Shown piece by piece: positions 9,044 to 19,217 of a DNA stretch of 64,000 nt; positions within the stretch are counted from its first letter, which is position 1; each line of letters begins with the position of its first letter. The notes beneath the pieces were generated by a model. The model worked only from the letters and a program-made list of their open reading frames with translations, was not told the DNA's origin and searched no databases. The translations under genes were made by a program, and so were the position numbers. Origin of the DNA: an uncultured Methanosarcinales archaeon (GTDB taxonomy: Archaea > Nanobdellota > Nanobdellia > Woesearchaeales > JAGWAF01); contig CAZQZJ010000001.1 of NCBI GenBank assembly GCA_964597775.1, forward strand, positions 6,033-70,032, written 5' to 3'.

Positions 9044-9955
9044 ATGCAAAGACGAGCTATTCAATTAGCAAAAAATACTATTGTTATCTCTTTGCCATCC
9101 TCATGGATTAAACAAAAAGGAATTAAAAAAGGGGATGAGTTACGTGTGGAAGAAAGTGCAGGTTCTCTTGTTATTAGTACAGGCGCACAACAAGAGATAA
9201 AGAGACGAGTAGTAGATGCAACAGGTCTTACTGAGAGAACGCTGCGATGGGCTTTATCAGGATTACATAAACAAGGTGTTGATGAGATCGAAATCCAATA
9301 TGCCAACCCATTTACAGTACAGATAGTTCAGGATTTGATTCGAGACACCTTTCTTGGTTTTGCCTTGATTTCGCAAAAAGATAAGTCATTAGTTATTCGT
9401 CAGATCTCTCGTGATGCAGATGACCAATTTGATGTTGTGTTTAGAAGATCGCTGCTTGTAACCCTTTCTCTTACAGAAGGATTTGCTGATGCTCTGCAGC
9501 GCAAGGATTGGGAAGAGCTGACAAGTCTTGAATATCTGGAAAAAACAAATAATCAGCTTACTAATTTTTGTATACGTCTTATTCACAGAGGAGAAGCAGG
9601 TGCAGCTTATCCAATGATGTATCATACATTATTATGGAATATGGAAAAAATCGCTGATGAATACAAGCATATGATTCATAAGATTCCTAAAAAGCCTATT
9701 GTGCAAAGTCAGATAGTGCAGGCTATGAATGATACAGCAAGTCTATTGAGGTTATTCTATAACTGTTTTTATCAAGGTGATCTTAATAGTGTGAATGATG
9801 TTGCAGATAAGCGTGCTGCTCTGCAACACACTGTCCAAAACCTGTTGCATTCGCAACATGGATTTAGTAGGGATCTTGCACATCATACTCAGCAGGTTAT
9901 TACAAGAATTGGGGATCTTTGTTCATGTCTTGCTTCTATTCGAACCTATGGTTAA
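9044..9955 (+). CDS. AbrB/SpoVT-domain plus PhoU-like regulator
   Basis: The N-terminal swapped-hairpin motif (AIQLAKNTIVISLPSSWIKQKGIKKGDELRVEE) is followed by a helical PhoU-like region. This is the archaeal PhoU-homolog architecture. Confidence 0.45.
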   Translation: MQRRAIQLAKNTIVISLPSSWIKQKGIKKGDELRVEESAGSLVISTGAQQEIKRRVVDATGLTERTLRWALSGLHKQGVDEIEIQYANPFTVQIVQDLIRDTFLGFALISQKDKSLVIRQISRDADDQFDVVFRRSLLVTLSLTEGFADALQRKDWEELTSLEYLEKTNNQLTNFCIRLIHRGEAGAAYPMMYHTLLWNMEKIADEYKHMIHKIPKKPIVQSQIVQAMNDTASLLRLFYNCFYQGDLNSVNDVADKRAALQHTVQNLLHSQHGFSRDLAHHTQQVITRIGDLCSCLASIRTYG

Positions 9956-12900
9956 AGATGTGAGATAAGAGTATTTAATATCTGGGCTGCGCATTCTATA
10001 GTCGGATCTTTATCTCTATTAAGTGTTGTGATAATCTTTCCTGCGTTTTCAAGAATATCTTTTCGAAGTGATTGGTGGATAACACGGCTGCTCCATAGTC
10101 CAGACATGTAGAGTGATCGATAGTATACTGCTGCAATCAAGCTTTTTGTATATACTGGGAATGTTATTTTTTTAGCAAGTCGTGATGAATCATAGTAACA
10201 CCTGCCTATGGTTAGAATATCTTGTGAAGAAAGCTTTGAGTCAAAAAGGATAAGGCTTGCAATATCACAAGTCACTGGAAGTGTTTCATGTGCACTTCCC
10301 TTGTCAAGAGAGTATATCTTATTATTTTGAAGGATAAAATTATCTGGGTGAGCATCTTGATTTGGAGCTTGAGGTACAGTTTCAAGATATGGTTTGAGTT
10401 CATTCATCAAGGTAAGAGCCTGTTTCTTTATGTTGTGTGGAACATTAATGTCACTTATTCTTTTCTCCAATGATAAATTAATAGGTCTTGGTGTAGATGG
10501 TATCTTGATTTTGTGGAGTTGGGCTATAAAACGTGCAGCAGTAAGGTATTCATCTTGTTTAATTGTTCTTGATTTGATTCTTTCATACAAAGTTTCTCCT
10601 GGTATATAGGTTGTTACTAAAATTTGTTTTTCATTATGCTGCAAGACTCCGATAGGTTCTACAACATGATATTTTTCATCATAATCATCCTCATAATATG
10701 CCAGTGTGTTCTTGTATTCCTGCTTAGCCAGAACATCAGAATCATGTGTTTTAAATGCAAATGCGCGATTGATATACTCGCGTCCTGTATATACAAAAAC
10801 AGGATGTCCATGTTCCCCAAGCGAATCTCTTTGGAGTTTGGTATCAGTCATAATAAGTGATGCTGCATTCAGCAGATATTCAAGGCTTTTTTGTGGATTG
10901 GCATCTTTGAGTATTCTTCCTTGAAGTAGGTATACCTCTGTTTTAAGAGGGATGGTATCTATACATCGAGATGCTAGGTCAAGTGCTTCTTGGTTTTTTC
11001 CTAGTTGTAAAGCAAGAACCTCTGTTGATAAAAGTGCGCCGATGTCAGATGGATGTTCATTAATATATGCTTGAGTAGCTTGATACTGCTTTTGCCAAAT
11101 TCTCTGCGAATAAAAAGAAATAGCTAAGGAATTAAATTTGGTTGAGATACTAGCCTGTTCATAAAGAGTAAATGCATTCCCAAATTGGCCTGAATAAAAA
11201 GATAGAAGCGCTTGTCTAAAATTTCTCACAATTGGAAATTCCATAACCATATCATCTTCTGCTATAATTTTTGAGAGGTTTGGCAACGCCATGACCTGTT
11301 GATGTGATAAAAATAATGTAGACATTGAATAGAGTTTTGGCTTACGAAATACTCCCGCTATATTAACTAAATAATAAGTCAGGTATCCTATACATGGTGT
11401 GAAGAGAAGAGGTGCTATCCTTAGATCAGAGAAATTTAACAAAGACTGTATTGTGTAATCAATTTTATATGGTAAGTTTGAATAAAAAAAATAGGAAGAT
11501 GCTACAATAGAAGTAATAAATGGATATTCAGCCAATATATCTAAAGGTGTTGAACATATTCTAGTTAAAGTATTACAACGAAGAGATTCTCTCTGATCAT
11601 GTGGAAATCTCTGAAAACCTATCCATCCCAAAGTACAGAGGTACACCCCAAATAGAATTGAGATAAGATCTAGGTTGTTGAATGGATAATCAAGATTAGT
11701 ATAATTAATAATGCTATGTTGTCGCGTGTGTATATTTATAGATGCTATACCTTTGTATTTATCATCTTGCATACAGATTGCAGCTATCTGATTAGGAGAT
11801 ATCCATGATTGAAAGTATTCTTTATGGTTTGGCTGAGAAATTCGACGTATATGTTTATTTTCTAGGATTACAGATACATTTGCGTCTTCTGTATCCACCT
11901 CAATGATTCCTTCCTGAAAACAGATTGTTTTTGAGTCTGGTGAAAAAGAGATAATAGGAAAATTGACTGATTTGGCCATTTCAAGTTCGCGCAAACGAGT
12001 ACTTCTTTTATGCGGTTCATATATAATGATGTGCTCAAGTTTTTTTGAGTTAAGATCAAACAGCTCGATCTGATTTAGTCTGGTATAACGAGCATATCTA
12101 TTTCCATCAGGAGAACACGTAGATGGCGTGAGTGGTTCTGGAAGGTCTCTTATTTTTACAGGAGTATCTTTTTCAATTTTGTATAAAGCACCGTTAAAGA
12201 ACTCTGTCGAATTTCTTTGGTCCCATGACTCAAAAAAAATTCCTTTAGGTGTTGAAGCTATCATTCCAAGACTTCCTCTCACCTTGCAAAGATTCTTAGC
12301 ATATTCAAATGTTCTTAGGGTAATTGTTGATATATTACCTTCAATATAGCTACTAATCATCTCATGCTGATTTTTCCATATTGAATTAACTGGGTTTGGA
12401 AATGTTTGTGTTGCGAAGTTGTTAGTATTAAGAAATGTACCATGAGCAGAATCAGGATAACCATATATGAACAGTATAGACTGATCTGGAGAAAAGGATG
12501 TGTTGAAAAAGATGCTAGATCCACCAATAGTGATTCTTTTGTTATTATTAAGATCATAAAGAATATTCCTCTTTTTATGGGAATCATAGCTTAGTATATA
12601 ACTTCCTTTGCTTGAAACTTTAAGAACTTCTTCAAACTTTGCACAAGAGAATAATGGTGTGATATTTAATGGTGTAAATTTAGAAAGTGTATTTTCATAT
12701 TTTTCGTTTGATATGGTATCGAACAATGATTTTGACTTAACTTTAGTAATATGATGTGCAAAAAAGGTATCATAATTCTCAGTATATTGGCTTGTTTTAA
12801 ATGTTTGAATAAAAAGGTTTGCATAATTTCTCATGTTTGTGTATTTATCAAAAATTGAAGGAATGCCATACGAAAAACTTGCTATTATTCCTGTTGCAAT

Positions 12901-12957
12901 AAGTGCATACTTGATAGTTACTGCCTTTTTCTTAATCCTCTTCCATATTCTTCCCAT
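9952..12957 (-). CDS. large multi-domain membrane protein: N-terminal anchor, beta-propeller-like region, internal TM segments, TPR-like region, C-terminal APH/ChoK-like phosphotransferase domain
   Basis: 1001 aa. The C-terminus carries the HPDNFILQNNKIYSLDKGSAHETLPVTCDIASL kinase catalytic-loop motif (HxDxxxxN...D). There are PD40/WD-like repeats and hydrophobic stretches mid-protein. Confidence 0.5.
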   Translation of the reverse strand: MGRIWKRIKKKAVTIKYALIATGIIASFSYGIPSIFDKYTNMRNYANLFIQTFKTSQYTENYDTFFAHHITKVKSKSLFDTISNEKYENTLSKFTPLNITPLFSCAKFEEVLKVSSKGSYILSYDSHKKRNILYDLNNNKRITIGGSSIFFNTSFSPDQSILFIYGYPDSAHGTFLNTNNFATQTFPNPVNSIWKNQHEMISSYIEGNISTITLRTFEYAKNLCKVRGSLGMIASTPKGIFFESWDQRNSTEFFNGALYKIEKDTPVKIRDLPEPLTPSTCSPDGNRYARYTRLNQIELFDLNSKKLEHIIIYEPHKRSTRLRELEMAKSVNFPIISFSPDSKTICFQEGIIEVDTEDANVSVILENKHIRRISQPNHKEYFQSWISPNQIAAICMQDDKYKGIASINIHTRQHSIINYTNLDYPFNNLDLISILFGVYLCTLGWIGFQRFPHDQRESLRCNTLTRICSTPLDILAEYPFITSIVASSYFFYSNLPYKIDYTIQSLLNFSDLRIAPLLFTPCIGYLTYYLVNIAGVFRKPKLYSMSTLFLSHQQVMALPNLSKIIAEDDMVMEFPIVRNFRQALLSFYSGQFGNAFTLYEQASISTKFNSLAISFYSQRIWQKQYQATQAYINEHPSDIGALLSTEVLALQLGKNQEALDLASRCIDTIPLKTEVYLLQGRILKDANPQKSLEYLLNAASLIMTDTKLQRDSLGEHGHPVFVYTGREYINRAFAFKTHDSDVLAKQEYKNTLAYYEDDYDEKYHVVEPIGVLQHNEKQILVTTYIPGETLYERIKSRTIKQDEYLTAARFIAQLHKIKIPSTPRPINLSLEKRISDINVPHNIKKQALTLMNELKPYLETVPQAPNQDAHPDNFILQNNKIYSLDKGSAHETLPVTCDIASLILFDSKLSSQDILTIGRCYYDSSRLAKKITFPVYTKSLIAAVYYRSLYMSGLWSSRVIHQSLRKDILENAGKIITTLNRDKDPTIECAAQILNTLISHL

Positions 12958-12997
12958 TGGTAGGGTTATGGTATCTTATTTAAAAAAGAGTAAGATG

Positions 12998-15900
12998 TTA
13001 TGCTGTTATCACCAAACTCGGGCTAATGCTTCCCTTATTATTTAATATACCCTGGATCTTGATTCGTCCGTATCCTCCTCCTCCTGCTCTTGCATTCCAT
13101 CCTATTCCCCCAATGCCTCCTTGTGTTGCAATTGATGATGTTGCGTCAAGGCTTACATTTCCAATAAGATAGATTGAGCCTCCTGATCCTCCTCCTCCTC
13201 CAAATGCTCTTTTTTCAGATACTAGGCTTGAGTCATTTCCTTTGTCCCCATTTGCGTTTATCTGTGCTGAGCGTAGTTCAATAGTGTCTGCTATTAGTTT
13301 GATTCCTCCTCCTCCTGATCCTCCTTCTCCTCCAAAGGTTTGGATAGGTCCACTACAAGGGTTTCTACGTGTTGCCAATGTGCAGTGTTGCATGCTTGAT
13401 CCCCTGCCTCCTCCTGAGCCAAGTTCAAGTGTAGGTAAGTCTGGGTTTCCATAGGTTGTTCCTCCAGGTGCTGCTTGGGTTGATTCACCTTGGGTTGCGT
13501 GTCCTGCTCCTCCTCCGCCGCTGCAGAAATTATCATCATGTGTTGTGCCTGCACAGCCTTCGCAACAAAAGCTAGTTGGTGGATCGCTTCCAAGACCTGG
13601 TCCTGTGCCTGCAGTATGTCCTATGCCATTTGCTTGGATTTGAGTATGGTCAATAAGAATGTGTTTTGCAATAATAGTTAGTGTTCCACCTGTACTATTT
13701 GAAAATTGTTGTACTTGGATAAGTGTATTATTTCTAAGAATCACTTTATTGTATGGTCCTAATGTGCCGTTGAGGATAACATTTTGGTTATCAATGATAA
13801 GGTCTAGAAGGCATTGTTGTTGTTGAGTGGGTTTTGTGGATGTTGTTCCACAGTTATTATTGTCTGTGCAGATTCGTGTTTGTATGTTATTAAGGCATGT
13901 TCCAAAACTTGTGCATGACCAAGATTCTGTGCAGGTGCATGTCTCAATCTCTTCTGGTTTGTTTTTTGTTGTTCCACAATCATTAGTATCTGTACAGGTT
14001 CGTGTGCGTTTTCTGTTAGTTGGGCATGTTGTTGGTTGGAATGGTGTGCAACTCCATGATTCTGTGCATCGTGGACTTCCTGAGCAGCTAAATCTTGTTG
14101 CTGCATCTAGTCTATAGGTAGTAAAGGATTTTACATTGAATATAACAGTATCTTTAAGATTTGAGACTTGGCTGCACATATAGTTTGGGCATTCGACAAA
14201 CATGCCATTGTCATCAGCGTCTCGTCCTGGCATAGTGCCTTGTGCTTGTGAAGAATTCATACGCAGTATTGCGCTTGTATTAAGTCCTGGTGCATAGGTA
14301 GAATTAACAAAGATATGGTTCATTGTAAGGTTGATATAGGTAAGTAGTGGTACCTTGAGACTAAAGTTTGTTTTTGCTGTGTAATTAATAGATGATCGTG
14401 CCCATGATTCAATAAGTACAGGTGGTGGTGCTAAGGTGTTAGTGATTGTGGTGTTGAGTGTGTCTGTTAAATATAAAGATGTTCCGTGCATGTTTTCAAA
14501 TGTAATATCTGAGATAATATTATTTTTTCCAGTACTTAAATTGATTCCTAGCATAGATGATGTGATGTTGATATGATCAATTGAAAGGTTGGTTATGTTT
14601 GCAATCTGTAAAGCAATGCTAGTATTGGCTATACGCGTATCCTTCACTACCACATTTTGGCTATGAGAAATAACAATTCCTTCATTAGGATTAATGATAG
14701 TGTTATTAGCAAGGATAATTGTATTAGCATTACCTGTGATAAGAGTTCTAGAATTATTAAATATGTTGCCAAGAATAAATAGTTTTGAAAGATTTGATCC
14801 CCTAAGATCAAGAGCATATGCTCCTGTTTGAGTTAAGAGATTTGTATTACTAAGAAATGTGTTTGCTATGATGGTTGTGTTTTCTCTAAATCCGCTATTA
14901 CCAAAAGAAATCGCATATCTATCGCATCCAATGAAGATATTGTCTTGAATTAGGGTGTTGTTGATGTTTCTATTGCCTGGGATAAAATCCTCTATGCAAT
15001 CGCTTCCAGTGCCTGGTAAACTCGAGAATGAATTATTCTGGATAGTCAAACCAATAATATTTCCTGAGCCAAATGTAATTCCACGGTCTGTTGAATTACC
15101 CAAAATATTTCTCCGAATCATGGTGTTATTAAGCTCACCAGATAAAATCACAAAATTAGGCGAGCGAAGGATAGTATTATTCTCAAAAAGCGTGCTATTG
15201 GCTGCGCTAAGAGAAAGTGCTGAGCGAAAGTAGCCTCCAATGCCAACAACGCTAAAAAGATTGTCTGTGATTTGAGCCCCTATCATGGCGCCTAAAAGGT
15301 CGATACCTGTTGTGTCTATATTCAAGAAAGTGTTGTGTATCAATCTTGGTGCAAGAGTTTGTGCTGCATTAATAACAATTCCTGTTGTACAATTTGTAAA
15401 TCTGTTGTTGTTAATTATTAATGGCCCATTAATACTTAGGCTCAGGCATCCTCCTGCAATATTGCTTATGTTATTATCAGTAAATTGGAATAAGCCAGTA
15501 GTACTTCCCTGTCTTATGCCTGTAGAAACTTTGGTTCCAATAAAGGTATTATTCACGATAATATCATTGCCTTTAACTGAGAATATTCCATTTATTAGTG
15601 TGTTGTTAATAATAGTCCATTGACTGCCTAGTTCACAGAATATACTGCAGTTAATAGTATTATTGATGAGAAAACCACCAGGAGAGGTTATATTAAGACT
15701 CTTACTAATCACGTTATGAATTAATGATATAGTATCAAATCTTGAACCTTCTGAAATTGAGTCTATTCTGCTTAGTTGAATTATGTTATTATATGATGGA
15801 AAATTGTCATTTTTTTCTAGTGTAACAGAATCTGCTACAACATTTGAAATAATACTGTTGTTGACGTTTTTTCCAATAGAAATGCTTATGCTACTATTTT

Positions 15901-18900
15901 TGAGTTCGCAATTGCGAACAGTCACGTCTTTAAGATTGTCAGAAATATTTAGAAGTGTTCCTAAGCCATTTCCGCGAATGCTAAATCCATTGCAATCAAA
16001 AAATATATTGTCAGCTTTAAGAATAAAACACGAGCCATTCACAGACATATTTTGATTAAGGGTTATATTAGTAAAAATTGAACCGCAGCCAGTTTCCTGT
16101 GCAGAGTAGGTTGTGAAGTGTGTAACATCAAATTTGAATAAGCCTGCTGTGTTTGAGGTGTTTTGGCATATGGATTGTGGGCATGATGTGAAGATGTTGT
16201 CATCCTCAAAGTCTACAATTGGTTGTGGTGTTGTGTAGCTTAGGTTTAAGATGATAGTTCCGCTAGCATTAAGTTTTGGTTCTAGTGTGGTGTTTGCAAA
16301 TGCTTTGTTGTTTGAGATGTTGAATCGTGTTGTGTCTGCAAATTCTATGCCTGAATAATTAACTCGGTTAATCTGAATGCGTCCAAATTGGTTGGCTTTG
16401 GCTATGTTTGGGAACGGTTTGATGCTGGCATTGGTGATGTTGATGAAGTTCTGGAACTCTAGTGTGATGTTTCCTGTTGGTGCTGCTGCGTTTGAGCTGT
16501 TGGTGGCAGATAAGGTTCCATTGATAATAAGGCTGATGCTGGTGATGTTGATGTTTCCGCCTGATCCTCCAATTCCTGCTCCGTTTGCTGAGATTGATCC
16601 TGTGATATTGACTGTGCTTGCGTTGATAAAGATGCGGCTTGCCTTGCCTATTTTAGCGTTTGCAGTAATACTTCCACGAATATCCAGCGTGTTTGCAGTA
16701 ATACTAATGTTGCTTGGGATGCCAAAGCCGGCACCATTTGGGCTTTGTGGTTCGCCAATTAGTGTTCCATTGATAAGGATTTGGTTTGCTGTGATGCTAA
16801 ATAATGGGATTGTTATGGCATTTGCGAAATTTCTTGTGCCTCCAAAAAATCCGCCCATAATCGAATTTGTTGGTATAAGTAGGGATTCAGTGAGATTGAA
16901 TGTAATAGGTGGTGGAATAAATGTATGAGAATATTCATAAAATCCTAACCTGACACCATTCTTAAGCATTAGGCTTCTGCTATTTACAAAGAGTCCGACA
17001 AGAGTGCTGTTACCTTCAATAAAGATGCGTTGTGCACTAATAATTGCTGTTCCTGTGCCATTGTGGATAATACCTCCCATATGGTCTGTTCTATCTGCTG
17101 CTTGAAGATCTGGGGTAAGGTTAAGAATATCGACTGATAAATTGATTCCTGCGTTAATGGTTCTAATACGTGCCTTGTTTTTGATTGTGAGGTTTCCTAG
17201 ATTTATTGTTCCGTTGAGTATGCATGATCTGCCTTCAAGTACTGCTTGTTGTCCATTTGAGAACTCGCAAGATCGATGTGGCATAACAAGGTATGCAGGG
17301 TCTGTGGGGCTGGTTATATTAAGATTAGTAAAATTAAGAAAGATTGATCCATCAGGAGCAAATACTGCTATGCCAACTCCAATTGCTCCGACTGCTCTAA
17401 GTGATGAACTGATGTTGAGGAATTTTCCTGCAGTGAGGTTGATGATTCCTCCAGATCCTGATTCTGCTGCACCATATCCCCCATTTGTGTTTATGCTTCC
17501 ATTGATAGTGATGTTCTCAGTTGCAATGATATGGATTGCCCCTCCAGGTCGTCCTTCATAAAGTCCACCGCTGGATGTTGCCTGGCTATTAATTTGACCG
17601 CGAAGATCTAGATCATTAGCAATGATTGTGATGTTTCCTCCACTGCCAGGATAACTGCCTTCATGTCCATTAGACCTAATGGTTCCATTTATTTTAACAA
17701 AGTTTGCAATAATCTTGAAATCAAGTCCTCTTGTAAAATATGAGTTTATGTTATCTACTCCTCCTGGAAAGTTTCCAGCGATGCTTCCATCACTTTGAAC
17801 AAGAAGGTTTCCAGTCATGTTAATAATTGTTTGAGAAATAGTTTCAGTTCTTTTTGCCTGTCTTCTCCAGGTTGTTCTAAGTGTTATGTTTGGTGGGATG
17901 ATTAAGGTGTTGTTAAGGTTAAAGTTGATGCCTTGCAATGAGTTTTCGATCAAGTTATAAAACGGCTTATTAAGGTTGATTCCTCCTGCAGTTACTGTCA
18001 TGTTTCCGCTTCCATTGTGGCTAATCCCTCCTCCTGTAAGGTTGAGTGTATCAATGATGGTGAGGTTAAAGCTCTGGGCATCAGTAAAAAGTAAACCATC
18101 TCCTAGGATAGTTAGGTTATTGACTGTCATGTTTCCTGTTTGCATGCATCTGGTGTTGTTGATGATTGCTTGACTGCTTGGTGTTAAAAGGCAGTTCATT
18201 CCTGGAACAAGGTAATATGCTGGAGAAGTATAGGCTGATTGGGAAAGTGTGCTGTAATTAAGAAAGATTCTTCCATGCTCAACATATCGTGATGTTGCAT
18301 TAATACTTCCATTAATAATAAGTGTTGTTGCATTGATGTGGATAATCCCTCCTCCACTTCCAGTTCTATAAATTACAGGAACCATTTCCATAGCATAGAT
18401 TCTTCCTGTGAGGTTAAGGTATGATGTATTGATTCTGATGATTCCTCCTCCATAGGTATTACCAGAGTCAGATGCCTGTACTCCTGATGATGTGATTGTT
18501 CCTAAGATGTGGGTGCTATTGGACTGAAGCAAGATGGTTCCTGGTGCACCTATAACGTAAATATTGATATTATCATAGGATCTGCCATTTGCATTAATTG
18601 ATCCACTTACAAGAATGGTTGTTGCTGTGATATTGATGATGTTTCCTGCTGGTTTAGTTGTAGAGATTGATCTAGAGGTGATAATTCCAGTCTCGCTGAT
18701 ATTTAGCAATTCTCCAACAATGATGTCTATCCTTCCATGTTTTTCATCATCCCGAATTGTTCCTGCAACAATCATATTCTGACTCACATTAATTGTAATA
18801 TTTGCAGGAGTTGCATTAATCACCCCTGTTGATGTAATGGTAAGATTAACAAAATTCAAAGATCCATTAAGGAATTTGGTGGTAGTGATAATGCAGTTTG

Positions 18901-19207
18901 TTTTTTCATCGCCACTATCGCAAGAAAATGCGTTTTGTTGTTCATTGTTAAATATATTAAATCCAAATAGCTTAAAAGAAAACATTCCTGAGGGAGAGGT
19001 ATTGGTATTAGTAAATAAGGTTGATTGCAAGCGTGCTTCTCCAATTTGATCTTGGGTTTCTTGATATGGGTAGAATAATGAGATTAGAATAAGTAATAAG
19101 ACAATGCCTATTTCATATTGAGTTTGATGTATGTCTCTGCTTCTTACTCCTGATAATATTTTATTCTTTTTCATAGAGGATGGTCTATAAACTATTCCTT
19201 TTTCCAC
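12998..19207 (-). CDS. giant (about 2069 aa) surface protein with right-handed parallel beta-helix (pectate-lyase/NosD-like) repeats, Cys-rich CxESWxC modules and a Gly-rich C-terminal repeat
   Basis: The ORF-track start is a GTG. The likely start is the internal Met (MKKNKILSG...IGIVLLLILISLF) at about 19174. The protein contains many N-x-T/S-rich beta-helix rungs (NNTIINPNEGIVISHSQNVVVKDTRIANTSIALQIANITNLSIDHINITSS...). Repeated 40-aa modules (CTESWSCTPFQPTTCPTNRKRTRTCTDTNDCGTTKNKP) are shared with gene 19218..20282. The C-terminus is GGGGSGGSIYLIGN-like Gly-rich. Confidence 0.7.
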   Translation of the reverse strand: MEKGIVYRPSSMKKNKILSGVRSRDIHQTQYEIGIVLLLILISLFYPYQETQDQIGEARLQSTLFTNTNTSPSGMFSFKLFGFNIFNNEQQNAFSCDSGDEKTNCIITTTKFLNGSLNFVNLTITSTGVINATPANITINVSQNMIVAGTIRDDEKHGRIDIIVGELLNISETGIITSRSISTTKPAGNIINITATTILVSGSINANGRSYDNINIYVIGAPGTILLQSNSTHILGTITSSGVQASDSGNTYGGGIIRINTSYLNLTGRIYAMEMVPVIYRTGSGGGIIHINATTLIINGSINATSRYVEHGRIFLNYSTLSQSAYTSPAYYLVPGMNCLLTPSSQAIINNTRCMQTGNMTVNNLTILGDGLLFTDAQSFNLTIIDTLNLTGGGISHNGSGNMTVTAGGINLNKPFYNLIENSLQGINFNLNNTLIIPPNITLRTTWRRQAKRTETISQTIINMTGNLLVQSDGSIAGNFPGGVDNINSYFTRGLDFKIIANFVKINGTIRSNGHEGSYPGSGGNITIIANDLDLRGQINSQATSSGGLYEGRPGGAIHIIATENITINGSINTNGGYGAAESGSGGIINLTAGKFLNISSSLRAVGAIGVGIAVFAPDGSIFLNFTNLNITSPTDPAYLVMPHRSCEFSNGQQAVLEGRSCILNGTINLGNLTIKNKARIRTINAGINLSVDILNLTPDLQAADRTDHMGGIIHNGTGTAIISAQRIFIEGNSTLVGLFVNSRSLMLKNGVRLGFYEYSHTFIPPPITFNLTESLLIPTNSIMGGFFGGTRNFANAITIPLFSITANQILINGTLIGEPQSPNGAGFGIPSNISITANTLDIRGSITANAKIGKASRIFINASTVNITGSISANGAGIGGSGGNINITSISLIINGTLSATNSSNAAAPTGNITLEFQNFINITNASIKPFPNIAKANQFGRIQINRVNYSGIEFADTTRFNISNNKAFANTTLEPKLNASGTIILNLSYTTPQPIVDFEDDNIFTSCPQSICQNTSNTAGLFKFDVTHFTTYSAQETGCGSIFTNITLNQNMSVNGSCFILKADNIFFDCNGFSIRGNGLGTLLNISDNLKDVTVRNCELKNSSISISIGKNVNNSIISNVVADSVTLEKNDNFPSYNNIIQLSRIDSISEGSRFDTISLIHNVISKSLNITSPGGFLINNTINCSIFCELGSQWTIINNTLINGIFSVKGNDIIVNNTFIGTKVSTGIRQGSTTGLFQFTDNNISNIAGGCLSLSINGPLIINNNRFTNCTTGIVINAAQTLAPRLIHNTFLNIDTTGIDLLGAMIGAQITDNLFSVVGIGGYFRSALSLSAANSTLFENNTILRSPNFVILSGELNNTMIRRNILGNSTDRGITFGSGNIIGLTIQNNSFSSLPGTGSDCIEDFIPGNRNINNTLIQDNIFIGCDRYAISFGNSGFRENTTIIANTFLSNTNLLTQTGAYALDLRGSNLSKLFILGNIFNNSRTLITGNANTIILANNTIINPNEGIVISHSQNVVVKDTRIANTSIALQIANITNLSIDHINITSSMLGINLSTGKNNIISDITFENMHGTSLYLTDTLNTTITNTLAPPPVLIESWARSSINYTAKTNFSLKVPLLTYINLTMNHIFVNSTYAPGLNTSAILRMNSSQAQGTMPGRDADDNGMFVECPNYMCSQVSNLKDTVIFNVKSFTTYRLDAATRFSCSGSPRCTESWSCTPFQPTTCPTNRKRTRTCTDTNDCGTTKNKPEEIETCTCTESWSCTSFGTCLNNIQTRICTDNNNCGTTSTKPTQQQQCLLDLIIDNQNVILNGTLGPYNKVILRNNTLIQVQQFSNSTGGTLTIIAKHILIDHTQIQANGIGHTAGTGPGLGSDPPTSFCCEGCAGTTHDDNFCSGGGGAGHATQGESTQAAPGGTTYGNPDLPTLELGSGGGRGSSMQHCTLATRRNPCSGPIQTFGGEGGSGGGGIKLIADTIELRSAQINANGDKGNDSSLVSEKRAFGGGGGSGGSIYLIGNVSLDATSSIATQGGIGGIGWNARAGGGGYGRIKIQGILNNKGSISPSLVITA

Positions 19208-19217
19208 TATTTAAAAG

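Noticed and set aside
13242-18173. Multiple plus-strand ORFs of 60-180 aa (for example 16377-16928, 17142-17561, 15285-15623) inside the 2069-aa gene
   Set aside because: They are antisense to a long, continuous, repeat-rich coding frame. Their low-complexity, Leu/Pro/Val-rich translations are typical shadow ORFs. The same applies to the ORFs antisense to the 1945-aa gene (23230-27133) and the 971-aa gene.
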